Origin: Eledone cirrhosa
Taxonomy: Eukaryota
Direction: 5' to 3'
Assembly (NCBI GenBank): GCA_964016885.1
Contig: OZ024757.1
Span: forward strand, 34,410,001 to 34,474,000
DNA length: 64,000 nt
Positions 61,395-64,000 of this stretch are shown here, in pieces. Within the stretch, counting starts at the first letter, position 1. Every line of letters starts with the position of its first letter. The notes under the pieces were generated by a model. It ran no database searches. It saw only the letters and a list, made by a program, of their open reading frames with translations, and was not told the origin of the DNA. The position numbers were made by a program, and so were the translations under genes.

Positions 61395-63010
61395 ATATAT
61401 TCAAAATTGTAAGAAAGCCAAGGATAAAAAATTGTTATTTATTCATACATCACTACGAACGTTTCAATATAGCTAAAATACCGTATTGAAATGTGGTGAC
61501 ATGGCAAAAAGTGCCCAGCCCACACTATAAAGTGGTCGTGTAGGTGTCACAACAAAAAGCACCCAGCCCAGACTGTAAAGTGGTCATGTAGGTGTCACAA
61601 CAAAAAGCACCCAGCCCATACTGTAAAGTGGTCATGTAGGTGTCACGACAAAAAGCACCCAGCCCATACTGTAAAGTGATTGTGTAGGTGTCATGACAAA
61701 AAGCACCCAGCCCATACTGTAAAGTGGTCATGTAGGTGTCACAACAAAAAGCACCCTGCCCACACTGTAAAGTGGTCGTGTAGGCATCATGACGAAAAGC
61801 ACCCAGTACTCACTATAAATAAGGTTAGCACTAGGAAGGGCATCCAGGTGTACAAATCAAGCTAAAATCCGTTCTGTATGAGCAAGACATGGTCACCTGA
61901 CCTAGCATTGCTCACAACAGGACAACTCGTCTAACCCATGCTAGCGTGGAAGAATGGTCATAAAATGGTGATGATGATGATGATGATGATATATATTCTT
62001 TATTATTGCTAAGTGGTGAGTCCTGTTGCTCTGGAGTTCCACCTGTGTATTCACAGTATCATCAGACAAGACACATCTTGTTTGATGATCCTGTGAGTAC
62101 ACAGGTGTGACTCCATAGAACCAAGACTCATCATTTAGCCATAATAAAGAATATTTAAACTCTATTTCAGTATTGAGTACTCGTTCTCACATCCGCCAAT
62201 AACCATGATAGGTAGCCATGAAATAAGAGAATGACAGAGTGACTGAATGAGATATGGAGACAAGGAATGAAGGAACCTTGAAAGAAAGGAAGAGAGAAAG
62301 AGTGAAGGAGAACTGGTGAAAGAAGCAATGTGAAGTAAAAGAGAAAATATAAGATAATTGTTTTTACTTTTGGCACAAGGCCAGCAATTACCCCAATGCA
62401 TTACTGGTACTTTATTTTATCGACCCCGTAAGGATGAAAGGCAAAGTTAACCTCAGCGGGATTTGAACTCAGATCGTAAAGGGACGTAACTACGCTGGAA
62501 AGCATGTCTGACCCTCCACCGATACTGCCAATCCACCGAGAAAATATAAGATAATGAGAGAGAAAGATATATATATATGTGTATATATGTATGGATGTAT
62601 CATCATCACCATTGTTTAATGTCCACTTTCCCTACATACTTGCATTCATATATATATATATATATATACACATACATAGACATATATACATGCATATATA
62701 CATCCATGCACTCATACACACATATGTGCATCTCTCTCTCTCTCCCTCTCTCTCTCCCTCCCCCTCTCTCTCTCTCTCCCTCTCTCTCTCCCTCTCTCTC
62801 TCTCCCTCCCTCTCTCTCTCTCAATATATATATATATTTCTGATGAGCATACTGGACGTTTCTGTTAAGATCATCTTGTTTCCTGAAACCTTTGGTAATG
62901 GAATAATTATTTTGTGTTGTTTATTATATAATTAAATGGCTCTTTACTACACATAGAGCACTCTTCTTTCCTTTACCTTTTCTACGGAAATACATAACAT
63001 ATATATATAC

Positions 63011-63062
<52 letters not shown>

Positions 63063-63169
63063 ACACACACTCACACACATACATATACATATATACATGC
63101 ACATACATATACATGCATACTTACGCATACATATATACATCCATATGCTCATGCACACATATCTCTCTA

Positions 63170-63226
<57 letters not shown>

Positions 63227-63749
63227 ACACACACACACACATACATATACGTATATACATGTACATATATATACATACATGTACATCCATACAGTCACAC
63301 ACACACACGTGTATCTATCTATCTATCTATATCTCTCTCTCTCTCTCTATATATATATACATACTATATAGAGAGAGAGAGGGGGAAAAGGAATATATAT
63401 ATATACATACTATAGAGAGAGAGAGAGAGGGGGAAAAGGAATATATATATACATACTATAAAGAGAGAGAGAGAGGGGGAAAAGGAATATATATATATAT
63501 ACATACTATAGAGAGGGGGAGAAGGAGAGAGAGAGGGAGAAGGAGAGAGAGAGAGAGAGACATTTGTTGTTATAATAGTATAATAGCTCTTTTGACAGCA
63601 GACTGATATGATATACCAAGTAAAGTGGTGAAATGAGCTGGAAAATTGTACATATTTACTGAAATATTCCTTTACAGCTGTTAAAATAACAGAGAGAACA
63701 GACACAACATCAACAACAATATCAATGGTAGCCATAAGTTTGTCGTTGA

Positions 63750-64000
63750 ATCTATAGTGGTGGAGACTTCTGGTGTGTTTGGTCTCTTGGTCTCCAAACT
63801 TATAGTGGTGGAGACTTCTGGTGTTCTTGGTCCCTGAATCTATAGTGGTGGAGACCTCTGGTATTCTTGGTCCCTGAATCTATAGTGGTGGAGACCTCTG
63901 GTATTCTTGGTCCCTGAATCTATAGTGGTGGAGACCTCTGGTATTCTTGGTCCCTGAATCTATAGTGGTGGAGACCTCTGGTGTTCTTGGTCCCTGAATC
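63750..64000. repeat. 40-bp tandem repeat running off the window end
   Basis: Unit tctatagtggtggagacctctggtattcttggtccctgaa. Confidence 0.9.

Noticed and set aside
62840-62890. CTGATGA...GAAAC as another hammerhead
   Set aside because: There is no convincing stem II between the two core halves.

Overview
Eukaryotic, AT-rich, microsatellite- and SINE-dense DNA. The repeat style suggests an octopod cephalopod (inference only). The window is dominated by one minus-strand gene, an EAG-superfamily voltage-gated K+ channel of the Elk/Kv12 (KCNH8-like) type. I reconstructed 14 phase-consistent GT-AG coding exons by hand, from 52866 down to the stop at 5531 (2987 nt, about 995 codons). They encode PAS, S1-S6 with a TVGFGN filter, C-linker/CNBHD and a C-terminal coiled coil. 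The canonical first (PAS-cap) exon was not found in the window. Introns carry tRNA-derived SINEs, RTE/CR1/RLE LINE fragments, TTAA- and TA-targeting MITEs, fold-back palindromes, many minisatellites and a dispersed repeat carrying minimal hammerhead-ribozyme motifs. Most notable: (1) candidate internal first exons that would give PAS-less, hERG1b-like Elk isoforms; (2) tandem decoy copies of the PAS-exon splice acceptor that run into stop codons; (3) non-canonical residues at key Elk positions; (4) hammerhead-bearing repeats flanking a long hairpin within an intron.
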